Shown: positions 44,938 to 53,411, counted from the first letter of the stretch. The stretch is DNA of 64,000 bases from Pirellulales bacterium (GCA_035531595.1 DATKSN010000233.1:4414-68413); one strand, 5' to 3'. Program-made: numbers and translations. Notes: generated by a model from the letters alone, not told the origin.

Positions 44938-47544
44938 CTACGCGACGAAGCGTCCCGGCACCGGATCGGCGGTGCGTTGACCGCCCTGGTGCTGGCCCAG
45001 CGTGGTCTTCGCCACGACACCGTCGAACAGCCGCTGCACGAATTCGCTTTCGTCGCAAATCTGCCGCACGGCGCGCAGGAACGAGGCGATCTCCTCGGCG
45101 CTGACCGTCAAGGGAGGCTGAATCCGCAGTACGCGCGGATTGGAACGCGTGACCTGGGTGTAGATGCCGTGCTCGTTCAAGAGCGTTTGCATCGCGTACA
45201 TGGCCGGCATGCCGTCGACGATCTGGTCGAGGTTGGCCACCAGGTAGGAGTTCAGGCCGCTGGCGTCGAGCGCTTTCCAGTGCGCGGCGATCGCGGCCGG
45301 CAAGGGCTTGAATTCGAGCCCGACCAGAAGACCTTGGCCGCGGACCTCGGCGAGCAAGTTGCTCTCGCGGCACAACTCGGCCAGCCCGTCGCGCAGTTGC
45401 TCGCCGCGCCGGTCGGCGCGCTGCGAAAGCCGTTCGTCTTCGATCACTCGCATCGCGGCAAGTCCCGCGGCGCAGGCCAGGCTGCCGCCGCCGAACGTGC
45501 TGGTGTGCAAGGCGAATGTTTGCACGGTGCCGTAGGCCTTGAGCCACAAGTCGCGGCGACAGAGCATGGCCCCGATCGGCAGCATGCCGCCGCCCAGCGA
45601 CTTGGCCAGTGTCATCGCATCAGGTTCAACCCCTTCATGGTCGCAGGCGAACAGTCGGCCGGTGCGGCCCAGTCCGGTTTGCACCTCGTCGACGATCAAG
45701 AGCGTGCCGGCGGCGCGGCACAAGTCCTGCGCTTCGCGCAGGTAGCCCGGCGGCGGCAGGTACATGCCCCCTTCCGCTTGCAACGGCTCGACGATGAAGG
45801 CGGCAAAATGGCGTGAAGCCAAAGCCCGCTCGAGGGCTCCGGCGTCGCCATAGGTGATCGACTGGCATTCGGGCACGAGCGGCCCGAAGGCCCGCTGATA
45901 ATTCGCATTGCCGGTCACCGAAAGCGAGCCGAACGACTTGCCGTGGAACGAGCGTGTGCAATGGAGCAGACCGGCGCGGCCCGTCGCCGCGCGGGCGAGC
46001 TTGAGCGCCGCCTCGACCGCTTCCGTGCCGCTGTTGGCGAAGAACGCCATCTCCAGGCTGGGCGGGGCGAGCGAAACGAGTTTCTCGGCGAGCGCCGCGG
46101 CGTAGGGGTTCACCGCCGATTGAGCGAAACCGGGCGCCTGCTTTTGGATCGCCTCGGTCAATGCGGCGGCGACGGCCGGGTGGTTGTGGCCTAGATTCAT
46201 CGAGCCGAAACCGGCCACGAAATCGAGGTACTCCTTTCCGTCTGCATCCCAGAGCCGCGTGCCCGCCCCGCGCACGAAGGTCTTGGCGAACTGGCTCTTG
46301 GATGAGATCGCCATCAGCACGGGGTTCAGATAGCGCGCGTGTAGTTTGGCGGATCGGCTTGCGTCGGGCGCGACCGGCGCCGCGGCCGACACGCTCGGAT
46401 CGGCAAAGGGTAACGTGGCCCGACGTTCGGCCGACCGTTCGCGCACCAGCGCCTTGCGGAAACGGACCAGGGCCAGATCGTCCAAAGGCAAGCCGAACGA
46501 TATCAGCCGCGAGAAGTCGAAACCGTGCGCGCCGGCCCGGGCGCCGATCGCGAGGATGCCGTTGGTGTCGAGTTGGCGCCCCAGCGAGAAACACTCGGCG
46601 CGGCCGTCGAGCGCAAGGACCATGGTCTCGGCCAGGCAACTCGGAACCATACCCTGGTGGAACCAGAGGTAGTTTGAATCGAGCGGCACGGTGGGCGGCA
46701 CCTTGGCCAGTCCGCCGGAGAGAATCAGCACGTCGTCGCGTATCGCCCGGTTGCCGTTGACGTCGGTGGGCACGGCCACGTCGACGATGATGCTGCCCGC
46801 TTGCAGCTTGTCCTGGTCGATGCAATTGCCCGAGGAGGTGGCCGAAAGCACGACGCGGGCCTGGGCCAGCGCGGCGGGGATGTCCAACAACAGTTCGGCG
46901 TCGAGTTGTTCGGCGAGTTGCACGGCGCGGGACGAAGCGTTCCTCGCGACCAACAGCAGCCGGCCGCAACGCGGCGCCAGCAGCCTCGCCGCGGCCACGG
47001 CTATGCTACCCGGAATTCCGATCACCGCCACGGTTTCGTCGGCCAGGTCGATTTCGGTTTCAAGGCACAGTTGCGCCAGGTTTTCCAAGGCGGCGAACAC
47101 GGTCAGGCTGTTTCCGGTCGTCACGTGGATGGGCCCGCGCGCGGCCAAGTGCGTGCCGTGCCCGCCCACCACGCCCGTCATGGAACCGAGTCCCACGAGC
47201 CGCGCGCCCCAGGCGGCGGCCTCGTCCACCGCTTTCTCCATGTAGTCCACCGCGCGCCCCGGGTCGTCCAGAATCTCCCAGGCGTCCATGGGGATTTCGT
47301 AGAACCGTCCGTGAGCTCGGGCGCCTGTGGCCGAGACCAGCCCGCACAACTCATCCACCACGCGAACACGCGGCTCGCCGACGGTTGCCTGACGTCGCCG
47401 CGCCGGTGCCAGCATTTTGTGCAGACTGGCGCAGAAGCTCAACAAATCGCCGCCGTGATCGCGGTGCAGGTGCCCATTGGGATCAAGCTCCAACAGGGTC
47501 TTCGTCTCATCACTGAGGGGATGAATCAAGAACGCGAACTTCAT
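44938..47544 (-). CDS. Fusion: acyl-ACP-reductase-like (COG5322) domain + class-III (omega) aminotransferase
   Basis: Start at ATG 47544 (MKFAFLIHPL). The N-terminal half parallels cyanobacterial acyl-ACP reductase as I recall it: FAFLIHPL / FGLIGHL, GLGSMTGVV / LGGFTSII, VTTGNS / FTTGNT, VAVIGIPGSIA / VAVVGATGDIG. The catalytic-Cys region also matches, PSCLAETMVLAL / FACFAEAMLLEF. The C-terminal half has LDFVAGFGSMNLGHNHP, ANSGTEAVEAALKLAR, DEVQTGLGRTG and TLAKSLGGG. Confidence 0.75.
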   Translation of the reverse strand: MKFAFLIHPLSDETKTLLELDPNGHLHRDHGGDLLSFCASLHKMLAPARRRQATVGEPRVRVVDELCGLVSATGARAHGRFYEIPMDAWEILDDPGRAVDYMEKAVDEAAAWGARLVGLGSMTGVVGGHGTHLAARGPIHVTTGNSLTVFAALENLAQLCLETEIDLADETVAVIGIPGSIAVAAARLLAPRCGRLLLVARNASSRAVQLAEQLDAELLLDIPAALAQARVVLSATSSGNCIDQDKLQAGSIIVDVAVPTDVNGNRAIRDDVLILSGGLAKVPPTVPLDSNYLWFHQGMVPSCLAETMVLALDGRAECFSLGRQLDTNGILAIGARAGAHGFDFSRLISFGLPLDDLALVRFRKALVRERSAERRATLPFADPSVSAAAPVAPDASRSAKLHARYLNPVLMAISSKSQFAKTFVRGAGTRLWDADGKEYLDFVAGFGSMNLGHNHPAVAAALTEAIQKQAPGFAQSAVNPYAAALAEKLVSLAPPSLEMAFFANSGTEAVEAALKLARAATGRAGLLHCTRSFHGKSFGSLSVTGNANYQRAFGPLVPECQSITYGDAGALERALASRHFAAFIVEPLQAEGGMYLPPPGYLREAQDLCRAAGTLLIVDEVQTGLGRTGRLFACDHEGVEPDAMTLAKSLGGGMLPIGAMLCRRDLWLKAYGTVQTFALHTSTFGGGSLACAAGLAAMRVIEDERLSQRADRRGEQLRDGLAELCRESNLLAEVRGQGLLVGLEFKPLPAAIAAHWKALDASGLNSYLVANLDQIVDGMPAMYAMQTLLNEHGIYTQVTRSNPRVLRIQPPLTVSAEEIASFLRAVRQICDESEFVQRLFDGVVAKTTLGQHQGGQRTADPVPGRFVA

Positions 47545-47838
47545 CTCCCCGGAGTCAGCCGGCGAGGCGGACGCCCAAGGAGGTCGCGACGGGCAGCCGA
47601 GGTTGTCCTGGATCGCCATAAGTTGTTCGATCTTGGCCTTACAGAAGCAGGGAACAAGGGTCAATGCGATGGAGTATCGACCACGGCGGGCGGCAATCTT
47701 TGACGGTTCACGCGATTTTAACGATCCGAGCCTCTGTTAGGAGCTTGGCGATGAGGTGGAAGCAAGGGGATTTTGGACGGCTGCGCGGCATAGGATACCG
47801 TGCGAGCGTGCTGGAACAAAGGCGTCTTTGTTCGCAAA

Positions 47839-48111
47839 CCCTCGTTGTTCTACACATCTTCAGGGAGGCCACGGGCTTGCCCCGTGGAGTTTCACGCTCG
47901 TATCTACACACGCAGGATGCCCGGATTACCTGCCTTTCCCCGTGTCGCCCCTCGGGCCGCCTCCGCCTCCGGCGGCCTGCGGTGCCCGCGACACCGCCCC
48001 TTCGGGGCGGACGACATTCTTCGCGGGACATTCCTCTGACGAAGAAGCCCCTGATTGCCCAACATTCCCATTTCACCACCTGCGATCAAAAGATGCGTAG
48101 AACAACGAGGG
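47839..48111 (-). other. Candidate structured RNA / cis-regulatory leader (family unassigned)
   Basis: A 15-bp perfect closing stem (47839-47853 / 48097-48111) extends to about 19 bp. Nested inside are the helices cgcagg/cctgcg (47911-16 / 48079-84), gtgtcgc/gcgacac (47942-48 / 47987-93), ggccgcc/ggcggcc, ccacggg/cccgtgg and ccgcccc-ttc-ggggcgg. It is non-coding and lies between the OMP stop and the fusion-gene start. Confidence 0.35.
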
Positions 48112-48131
48112 CTTACGCCCCAGGCTAGTAC

Positions 48132-49562
48132 TTACCAGCGGAATTCGGCCCTGGTGGTCAAGCCGTCGAACGTGACCGTGTCGCTTCGGCTCGAGGTGTT
48201 GTTGGCATAACTGTTGTTTTGCACGGCGGCCATGAAGTTGTTGGGCGACACCGTGTTGAACCAGGCGGCGAAATAATAACCGCCGCTGATGCGAATCCGG
48301 CCGGTTCGGTTTTGCCAGCCTAGGCCGAGTTCGTATTCCAAAATCGGCACGGCGCGGCTGTCGTTCCAAGCGGCCATGGCCTGGAGCGCCTGGAAATTGT
48401 TGGTCTGGGAGTAGCCCGAGCGGAACGTGCCCACCAACAGGCTGGCAAAGCCCTTACTGTAGGCCATCAAGCCGCAGTTCCTGGCTTTGCGTTCGCCTTG
48501 CAAGCCGATGCGGGTGCCGAGACCGTCGAAGTTCACGTTGCTGGCAACATTGGTGACGCCAGGACCCAGCGGCTGGGCCTCGCGGAACGCCTCGTGCAGG
48601 TTGGCGTATCGCGTGCCGACGGTGTAGTTCAGGGCCCAGTTGTCACCGCCGCTCAGCAGGCGCATATAGTCGACGTCGGCGAACTGAAAGCGAACGTTGT
48701 AGCGGCCCAACGCGCCAAGGCTGTCGGAGACCGCGTTGTACGTCTGGGGCAGCGTGACCAGTGAGTGAACCGACAGAGGCGGGTTCGCAAACAGAGAACT
48801 GTTGGTTTCCGATTGGAAATAAGTATAGGTCGCGACGATGCTCGTACAGCGGTTCAATGCCTTGGTGAATCCGGCGCGGTAGCCGATCGAGTAATTTGGA
48901 CTGACCGTCGCGACTTGTCCGAAGGGCACGGCGGTCGCCGGGTCGGTGCCGTTGCGGACTTCGGCGTAGGCGACGTCGGCGCCGCGCGGACGCAGGTACA
49001 GCATTTCGGCGAAAACACTGTTCCTGTGTGCCCAGAAGGGGGAGCAACACGGCTTGCGGCAGCCGTCGCCACAACACGCCGGGTTGCCGCCTTGGGCCGT
49101 GTTGTCGGCGTCGTCGCCGGACCCATAGGCGGCGAACGGCTCGGCGCCGGTCGTGTACGGGGCATCGGAGTCGTCGGCGGGGTCGGCCAAAACGTCGCCG
49201 GGCATCTGGCCACTGCCGAGCATCTGGCCACTGCCCTGCCCCCACGGGTCGTACTTCCCTGGATGGCTAGCGTAGCGGTATCCATGCACGTTGCGCGAAA
49301 TGTCCGGCGACGCGGTGCTGGGGTTTTCGTCGTCGGCTGGATCATCGTCGCCGGTTGACTCATCGTCGGCGATTGAATCGTCGTCGCCGGTTGACTCATC
49401 GTCGGCGGCCGTTTGGGACGACTTGCCGGCCAGGGTGGCGCCCATCCATTGTCGGACGGGCGGGCTTTGCTGTTGCGCCCGTAACGGATGGCCTACGCAC
49501 AGCAGCGCCGCCACCGTCGTGGCAGTGAAAATGACGGTTTTCACGTCTGTACCCTTTCGCAT
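48132..49562 (-). CDS. Putative outer-membrane beta-barrel protein
   Basis: Start at ATG 49562 (MRKGTDVKTVIFTATTVAALLCVGHPLRAQQ signal). An acidic repeat (DDESTGDDD) and a Cys cluster (CCGDGCRKPCCSPFW) are present. Alternating beta-strand-like sequence ends in a C-terminal aromatic ...TRAEFRW. Confidence 0.65.
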   Translation of the reverse strand: MRKGTDVKTVIFTATTVAALLCVGHPLRAQQQSPPVRQWMGATLAGKSSQTAADDESTGDDDSIADDESTGDDDPADDENPSTASPDISRNVHGYRYASHPGKYDPWGQGSGQMLGSGQMPGDVLADPADDSDAPYTTGAEPFAAYGSGDDADNTAQGGNPACCGDGCRKPCCSPFWAHRNSVFAEMLYLRPRGADVAYAEVRNGTDPATAVPFGQVATVSPNYSIGYRAGFTKALNRCTSIVATYTYFQSETNSSLFANPPLSVHSLVTLPQTYNAVSDSLGALGRYNVRFQFADVDYMRLLSGGDNWALNYTVGTRYANLHEAFREAQPLGPGVTNVASNVNFDGLGTRIGLQGERKARNCGLMAYSKGFASLLVGTFRSGYSQTNNFQALQAMAAWNDSRAVPILEYELGLGWQNRTGRIRISGGYYFAAWFNTVSPNNFMAAVQNNSYANNTSSRSDTVTFDGLTTRAEFRW

Positions 49563-49893
49563 GGATTTGTCGGTCGTAAGGAATGACGGGGTTGCATGTT
49601 TTCCGCCGATTCGTCTGGTGAATCTCATTCGGCGGTTTGTAACGGTTGCTCCAAGGTTGCCGATTGTTCCGACAAAAGCGGCGCAAACCGCCCATTTTCA
49701 TGCCGTGGTTTCTCGCCATGAATCCGGCATAACCCAAAGGTTGCGACGATGTGGCAGTTCCCGTCCGGCTGGTAGTTTCGGAAAGCGGCTTGCCTAACTC
49801 ACGCGGTCGGAAAAGTTCGACGATAGCTCACCATAGCTGCAGCCTAGAACCCCTAGTTTTTCAACCTTACTGCTCCCACGTAGGAGACCTCCC

Positions 49894-50334
49894 ATGAAAG
49901 CGAAGCTGTTTTTTTCGTTACTGGCCGTTGCCGGTTTCGTGCTGGCCAGCGCCAATAGCGCCAACGCCGGCCTGTTCCACCACAGGCGCGGTTGCTGCGA
50001 GCCGACCTGTTGCGAGCCGACCTGCGGCGCGCCGGCCGCTTGCGAACCCACCTGCGGCGCGCCGGCCGCTTGCGAACCCGCCTGCTGCGAGCCGACCTGC
50101 TGCGAGCCCGCCGGCTGCAATACGTGCGGCAACACCTGCTGCGGCAAGAAGCACCGGCTGCGGGGCTTGTTCCGCAAGCTGTGCAGCCGGAACAAGTGCT
50201 GCCAGCCGACGTGCTGCCAGCCGACGTGCTGCGAGCCAACGTGCGGCCAGCCGTCGTGCGCCGCGCCGTCGTGCGCCGAGCCGACTTGCGGCCAGCCGTC
50301 GTGCGCCGAGCCCACCTGCGGCGGCAACTACTAA
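49894..50334 (+). CDS. Secreted cysteine-rich repeat protein (C-[EQ]-P-[TS]-C pentapeptides)
   Basis: GGAGA RBS and signal peptide MKAKLFFSLLAVAGFVLASANSANA. The mature 121 aa contain 29 Cys by my count: CCEPTCCEPTCGAPAACEPTC...CCQPTCCQPTCCEPTCGQPSC... The underlying DNA is a 15-nt repeat, so all frames are open. A strong terminator follows. Confidence 0.75.
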   Translation: MKAKLFFSLLAVAGFVLASANSANAGLFHHRRGCCEPTCCEPTCGAPAACEPTCGAPAACEPACCEPTCCEPAGCNTCGNTCCGKKHRLRGLFRKLCSRNKCCQPTCCQPTCCEPTCGQPSCAAPSCAEPTCGQPSCAEPTCGGNY

Positions 50335-50395
50335 GCGCCGCGGGAGCCTCCACGGCGGCTCACCCCCACTCCGACGGATCGATCCGTCGTCCGAA

Positions 50396-50432
50396 ACGGC
50401 CCCTTGCGGCAGCAAGCGGGCCGTTTTTTTTT
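50396..50432 (+). terminator. Rho-independent terminator of the Cys-rich protein gene
   Basis: acggccccttgc-ggca-gcaagcgggccgt stem-loop followed by a run of nine T. Confidence 0.85.
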
Positions 50433-50442
50433 CGCATCCAGG

Positions 50443-50560
50443 CTATAGCCCGTATTATTCATGGTCCGGGGAGGAACTCGCGCTCTGTGCCGTAGCGAAA
50501 TTCGCAAGAATTCTGGCGTAACTCGCGTCCACGGCCTGACTTCTTGCGAAGCCAGCTACG
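50443..50560 (+). mobile_element. CTAG-TIR MITE-like element, copy 1 (left end degenerate, no right TIR)
   Basis: ctatagcccgtattattcatggtccggggaggaactcgcgc...cttcttgcgaagccagctac. Confidence 0.75.
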
Positions 50561-50741
50561 GTCGCCGCGGCAAGACTAACCGTGACGCGGATCGTTGGAT
50601 TTTTGTCCTGATTTTTCTTGCTTCCGGACGGCACTTGTGCGAGTCTATAGGCTGATCCTGGGTGGGGCGGCGCCTGGGTGCGTTGGAATGCCCGTTTGTC
50701 GGACAACCCGTTTGTCGGAGAAGAAGAAGGGGAACGTCATC

Positions 50742-52568
50742 ATGGCCTCGCTTTGGTTTCGCTGTCAGCGCCGCGGCAACTTTCCGTGGCGGCCGGTTTG
50801 CTTCGTGGGACTCGTTGGTTGTTGTTGGGCGGCCGTGGCGGTCGCGGGCGCCCCGTCCGGCGCACCGTCCGGCGCCGACGCACTGTTGGAGGAACGACTG
50901 GATTGCGGAGAATTCGCTCCCGCCTTCGAGCAGGCGCGCCTCTTAGCCGATCCGGTCGAGCGCGACGGTCTACTCAAGCGGGTCGCCCAGGCGCAGGCCG
51001 GCGCCGGAGAACGTGCCGCGTCGTTGGCGACGATCGGTTCGATGCGCGACGACCTGGCGCGCGGCGCGGCCCTCGACGACATCGCCACGCGAACGCCCTC
51101 CGGCGGGCGGCCCGAGGGGGCGCCTGGCGGCGGAGGGATGAACAATTTTGGAGAACTCATCGAGCTGATCACGTCGACGATCAAACCCGAAAGTTGGGAC
51201 GAGACCGGCGGTCCGGGTACGATCAAGTCGTACCAGAACGGCGTTTACGTCGATCCCACAGGCGTCGTTCGACCGGTGACCGACCGCGACGGCGGCAGCC
51301 GGCTCGCTGAGTTCCGCCGCGCGGCTCGCCGCGCCGTTCACTCCAGCGACGCCCGGCGGACGTCGCCGTCGCGGAAGGTGTCGCTCAACCGTCTGGAACG
51401 CGCCGCGCAGTTGCGGCTGGCGGCGGGCCGCGCCCTGGACGAGGACATGTTCGTGCTCGCCGGCTTGCAGCGAGTCGAGTACGTGCTCGCCTACCCCGAG
51501 ACGGGCGACATCGTGCTGGCGGGTCCGGCCGCCGATTGGAAGTACGACCGCGAAAACCGCATCGTCGGCGCCGACACCGGCCGCCCCGTGTTGCAACTCG
51601 ACGACCTGGTGGTGCTGGCGCGGCACTTCAACGCCGCAGGGGGCGGTGCTTCCCGGGGAGGCGAATTGGCGGGCGGCGAATTGGCAGGCGGCGAATTCGG
51701 CTGTTCGATCGATCCCACCGAGAAAGGCCTGGCCAAGGCTCGCGCGTTTGCCGAAGCATCGAGCGCCAAGCCGCTCAAGCCGGGCCAACGCGGCAAGTGG
51801 CTGGAACAGCTTCGTAGTCAAATCGGCATGCAAGACGTGCGTGTCTTCGGCATCGACGGGCACTCGCGCGTCGCCCAGGTGATCGTCGAGGCCGACTACC
51901 GCATGAAGCTGATCGGGATCGGATTGGAAGAGGGAACGGCCGACGTGCCCAGCTACCTGCGCATGATCCAGATGGCCGCCGGCGAATCGCCGCGGCCCAT
52001 GGATGTGCTCCGCTGGTGGTTCACCGTCAATTACGACGCCGTGCTCACCAGCCCCGACCGCGACGTGTTCGAGATCCGCGGACAGGGGGTCAAAGTGCTC
52101 GGCGAGAACGAGATGCTCACCGCGGCGGGCAAGCAAATCCACACGGACAACGCCGACCCGCTGAACGCGGAATTCGCCCACAACTTCACCAGGCATTTCA
52201 CGGACCTGGCGGCCAAGTACCCGATTTACGCCGAGCTTCAGAACGTCTTCGACCTGGCCCTGGTCGCTTCGCTGTTGAAGTCCGAAGGGCTGGCCGACCA
52301 GGTTGGCTGGCACATGCGGTGCTTCGGCGACCCCAACCAGTACACGGTGGCCCGTTTTCCGGTGCCCAAGGCGGTCGACACGGTGATCAACCATCGCGTC
52401 GTACACGGCAAGCAGATCCTGGCGGCCGTCAGCGGCGGTGTCACAGCCGATTTCCGCGAGTTGGTCACGCCCGATGCGATTGCGATCGACCGCAAGGGGG
52501 CGTTGGGCAGCCGGCGCTCCCGTTCCGCGCCCGACGACGCGCCCCATGCGGCCTGGTGGTGGGACTAA
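50742..52568 (+). CDS. Secreted hypothetical protein (608 aa)
   Basis: Start at ATG 50742 with an N-terminal hydrophobic segment. It carries the planctomycete-typical motif FGELIELITSTIKPESWDETGGPGTI and the in-frame tandem repeats APSGAPSG and GELAGGELAGGEF. Confidence 0.7.
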   Translation: MASLWFRCQRRGNFPWRPVCFVGLVGCCWAAVAVAGAPSGAPSGADALLEERLDCGEFAPAFEQARLLADPVERDGLLKRVAQAQAGAGERAASLATIGSMRDDLARGAALDDIATRTPSGGRPEGAPGGGGMNNFGELIELITSTIKPESWDETGGPGTIKSYQNGVYVDPTGVVRPVTDRDGGSRLAEFRRAARRAVHSSDARRTSPSRKVSLNRLERAAQLRLAAGRALDEDMFVLAGLQRVEYVLAYPETGDIVLAGPAADWKYDRENRIVGADTGRPVLQLDDLVVLARHFNAAGGGASRGGELAGGELAGGEFGCSIDPTEKGLAKARAFAEASSAKPLKPGQRGKWLEQLRSQIGMQDVRVFGIDGHSRVAQVIVEADYRMKLIGIGLEEGTADVPSYLRMIQMAAGESPRPMDVLRWWFTVNYDAVLTSPDRDVFEIRGQGVKVLGENEMLTAAGKQIHTDNADPLNAEFAHNFTRHFTDLAAKYPIYAELQNVFDLALVASLLKSEGLADQVGWHMRCFGDPNQYTVARFPVPKAVDTVINHRVVHGKQILAAVSGGVTADFRELVTPDAIAIDRKGALGSRRSRSAPDDAPHAAWWWD

Positions 52569-52707
52569 CTAGCCCGGATTATTCATGGTCCAGTAGCTGG
52601 CTTCGCAAGAAGTCAGGCCGTGGACGCGAGTTACGCCAGAATTCTTGCGAATTCTGCTACAGCACAGTGCGCGAGTTCCTCCCCGGACCATGAATAATCC
52701 GGGCTAG
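52569..52707 (-). mobile_element. CTAG-TIR MITE-like element, copy 2 (complete, 139 bp, perfect 23-bp terminal inverted repeats)
   Basis: ctagcccggattattcatggtcc ... ggaccatgaataatccgggctag. The core is the reverse complement of copies 1 and 3. No ORF. Confidence 0.85.
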
Positions 52708-53318
52708 GCGTCGGGAGTGTCGAGGATTCCTTGCAACCGTTGGGTGAGCAACGGCGGCAGCTTGGCAAGCCAACTCCGGTCGATGAGGCCAACACCGATG
52801 AGGTCACGCACATGCGTCCGATCCTTGTCGCGGTTCGACAGCAACTTCATGGACACAAGCGCCTCAAGTGTGGCGACGCGAAAGCCGGCCGGGTCGTCGA
52901 TGGCGACGAGCTCCGGTGAAGGCAACAGGTGGTCGGCGCGGACCTTTTCCCCGGCGAAAAGGAGATGGATCGACTCGCTGGGTTTGGCGTCGGGACCATC
53001 CAGGAACATAATCACGTCGAGAACTTCCGCCCGCACGAACCCCGCCTCTTCAAGCGCCGTGGTGACGTCGGGTAAGTCCTCGCGCCGGATGAGCAGGTCG
53101 ATGTCGCGGGTATTGCGCACCGCTCCTTCATCGATGGTGGCCACCCACGAGGCGACGGCGTTGCCACCGACGACGGCGTAGGGAACATGGGCATGGTTAA
53201 GGACCGCGGTCGCCCGCAACAAACGTTCGCGTACCTTCGCCACGGCTCGCTCCATACGGTCCACGATTTCCCAGGCCATCGTGACCGTCGCGCTTGTCTT
53301 TCTTGGTTCAAGACCCAT
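52704..53318 (-). CDS. Nucleotidyltransferase-fold protein (MNT/AbiEii-like)
   Basis: YAVVGGNAVASWV...RNTRDIDLLIRREDL fits the hGG..(n)..D.D NTase pattern. ATG 53279 is an alternative start. Its stop codon lies inside the MITE TIR. Confidence 0.55.
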   Translation of the reverse strand: MGLEPRKTSATVTMAWEIVDRMERAVAKVRERLLRATAVLNHAHVPYAVVGGNAVASWVATIDEGAVRNTRDIDLLIRREDLPDVTTALEEAGFVRAEVLDVIMFLDGPDAKPSESIHLLFAGEKVRADHLLPSPELVAIDDPAGFRVATLEALVSMKLLSNRDKDRTHVRDLIGVGLIDRSWLAKLPPLLTQRLQGILDTPDA

Positions 53319-53411
53319 CGTAAAGCCAACGGCGCCGGACTTTCCCCGCCCACACCATGTTAACCTCTTTTTCGTCGAAGGCGATGCAAATGGGAGGTGG
53401 ATGGGCGAATT

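Noticed and set aside
47839-48111. Assignment of the structured region to RNase P RNA or to a cobalamin riboswitch.
   Set aside because: For RNase P, it is too short and lacks GAGGAAAGUCC / ACAGAACCCGGCUUA-type P4 strands; only a GUGAAACUCCAC-like stretch is similar. For cobalamin, several landmarks appear in the right order, but the GGUG..AAUCC hairpin and a clean B12 box are missing. I kept it only as an unassigned candidate.
49918-50521. Alternative-frame and antisense ORFs across the Cys-rich gene (Ala/Arg/Pro-rich 165-197 aa products).
   Set aside because: They are open only because of the 15-nt repeat. Only the 49894 frame has an RBS, a signal peptide and a terminator in the correct positions.
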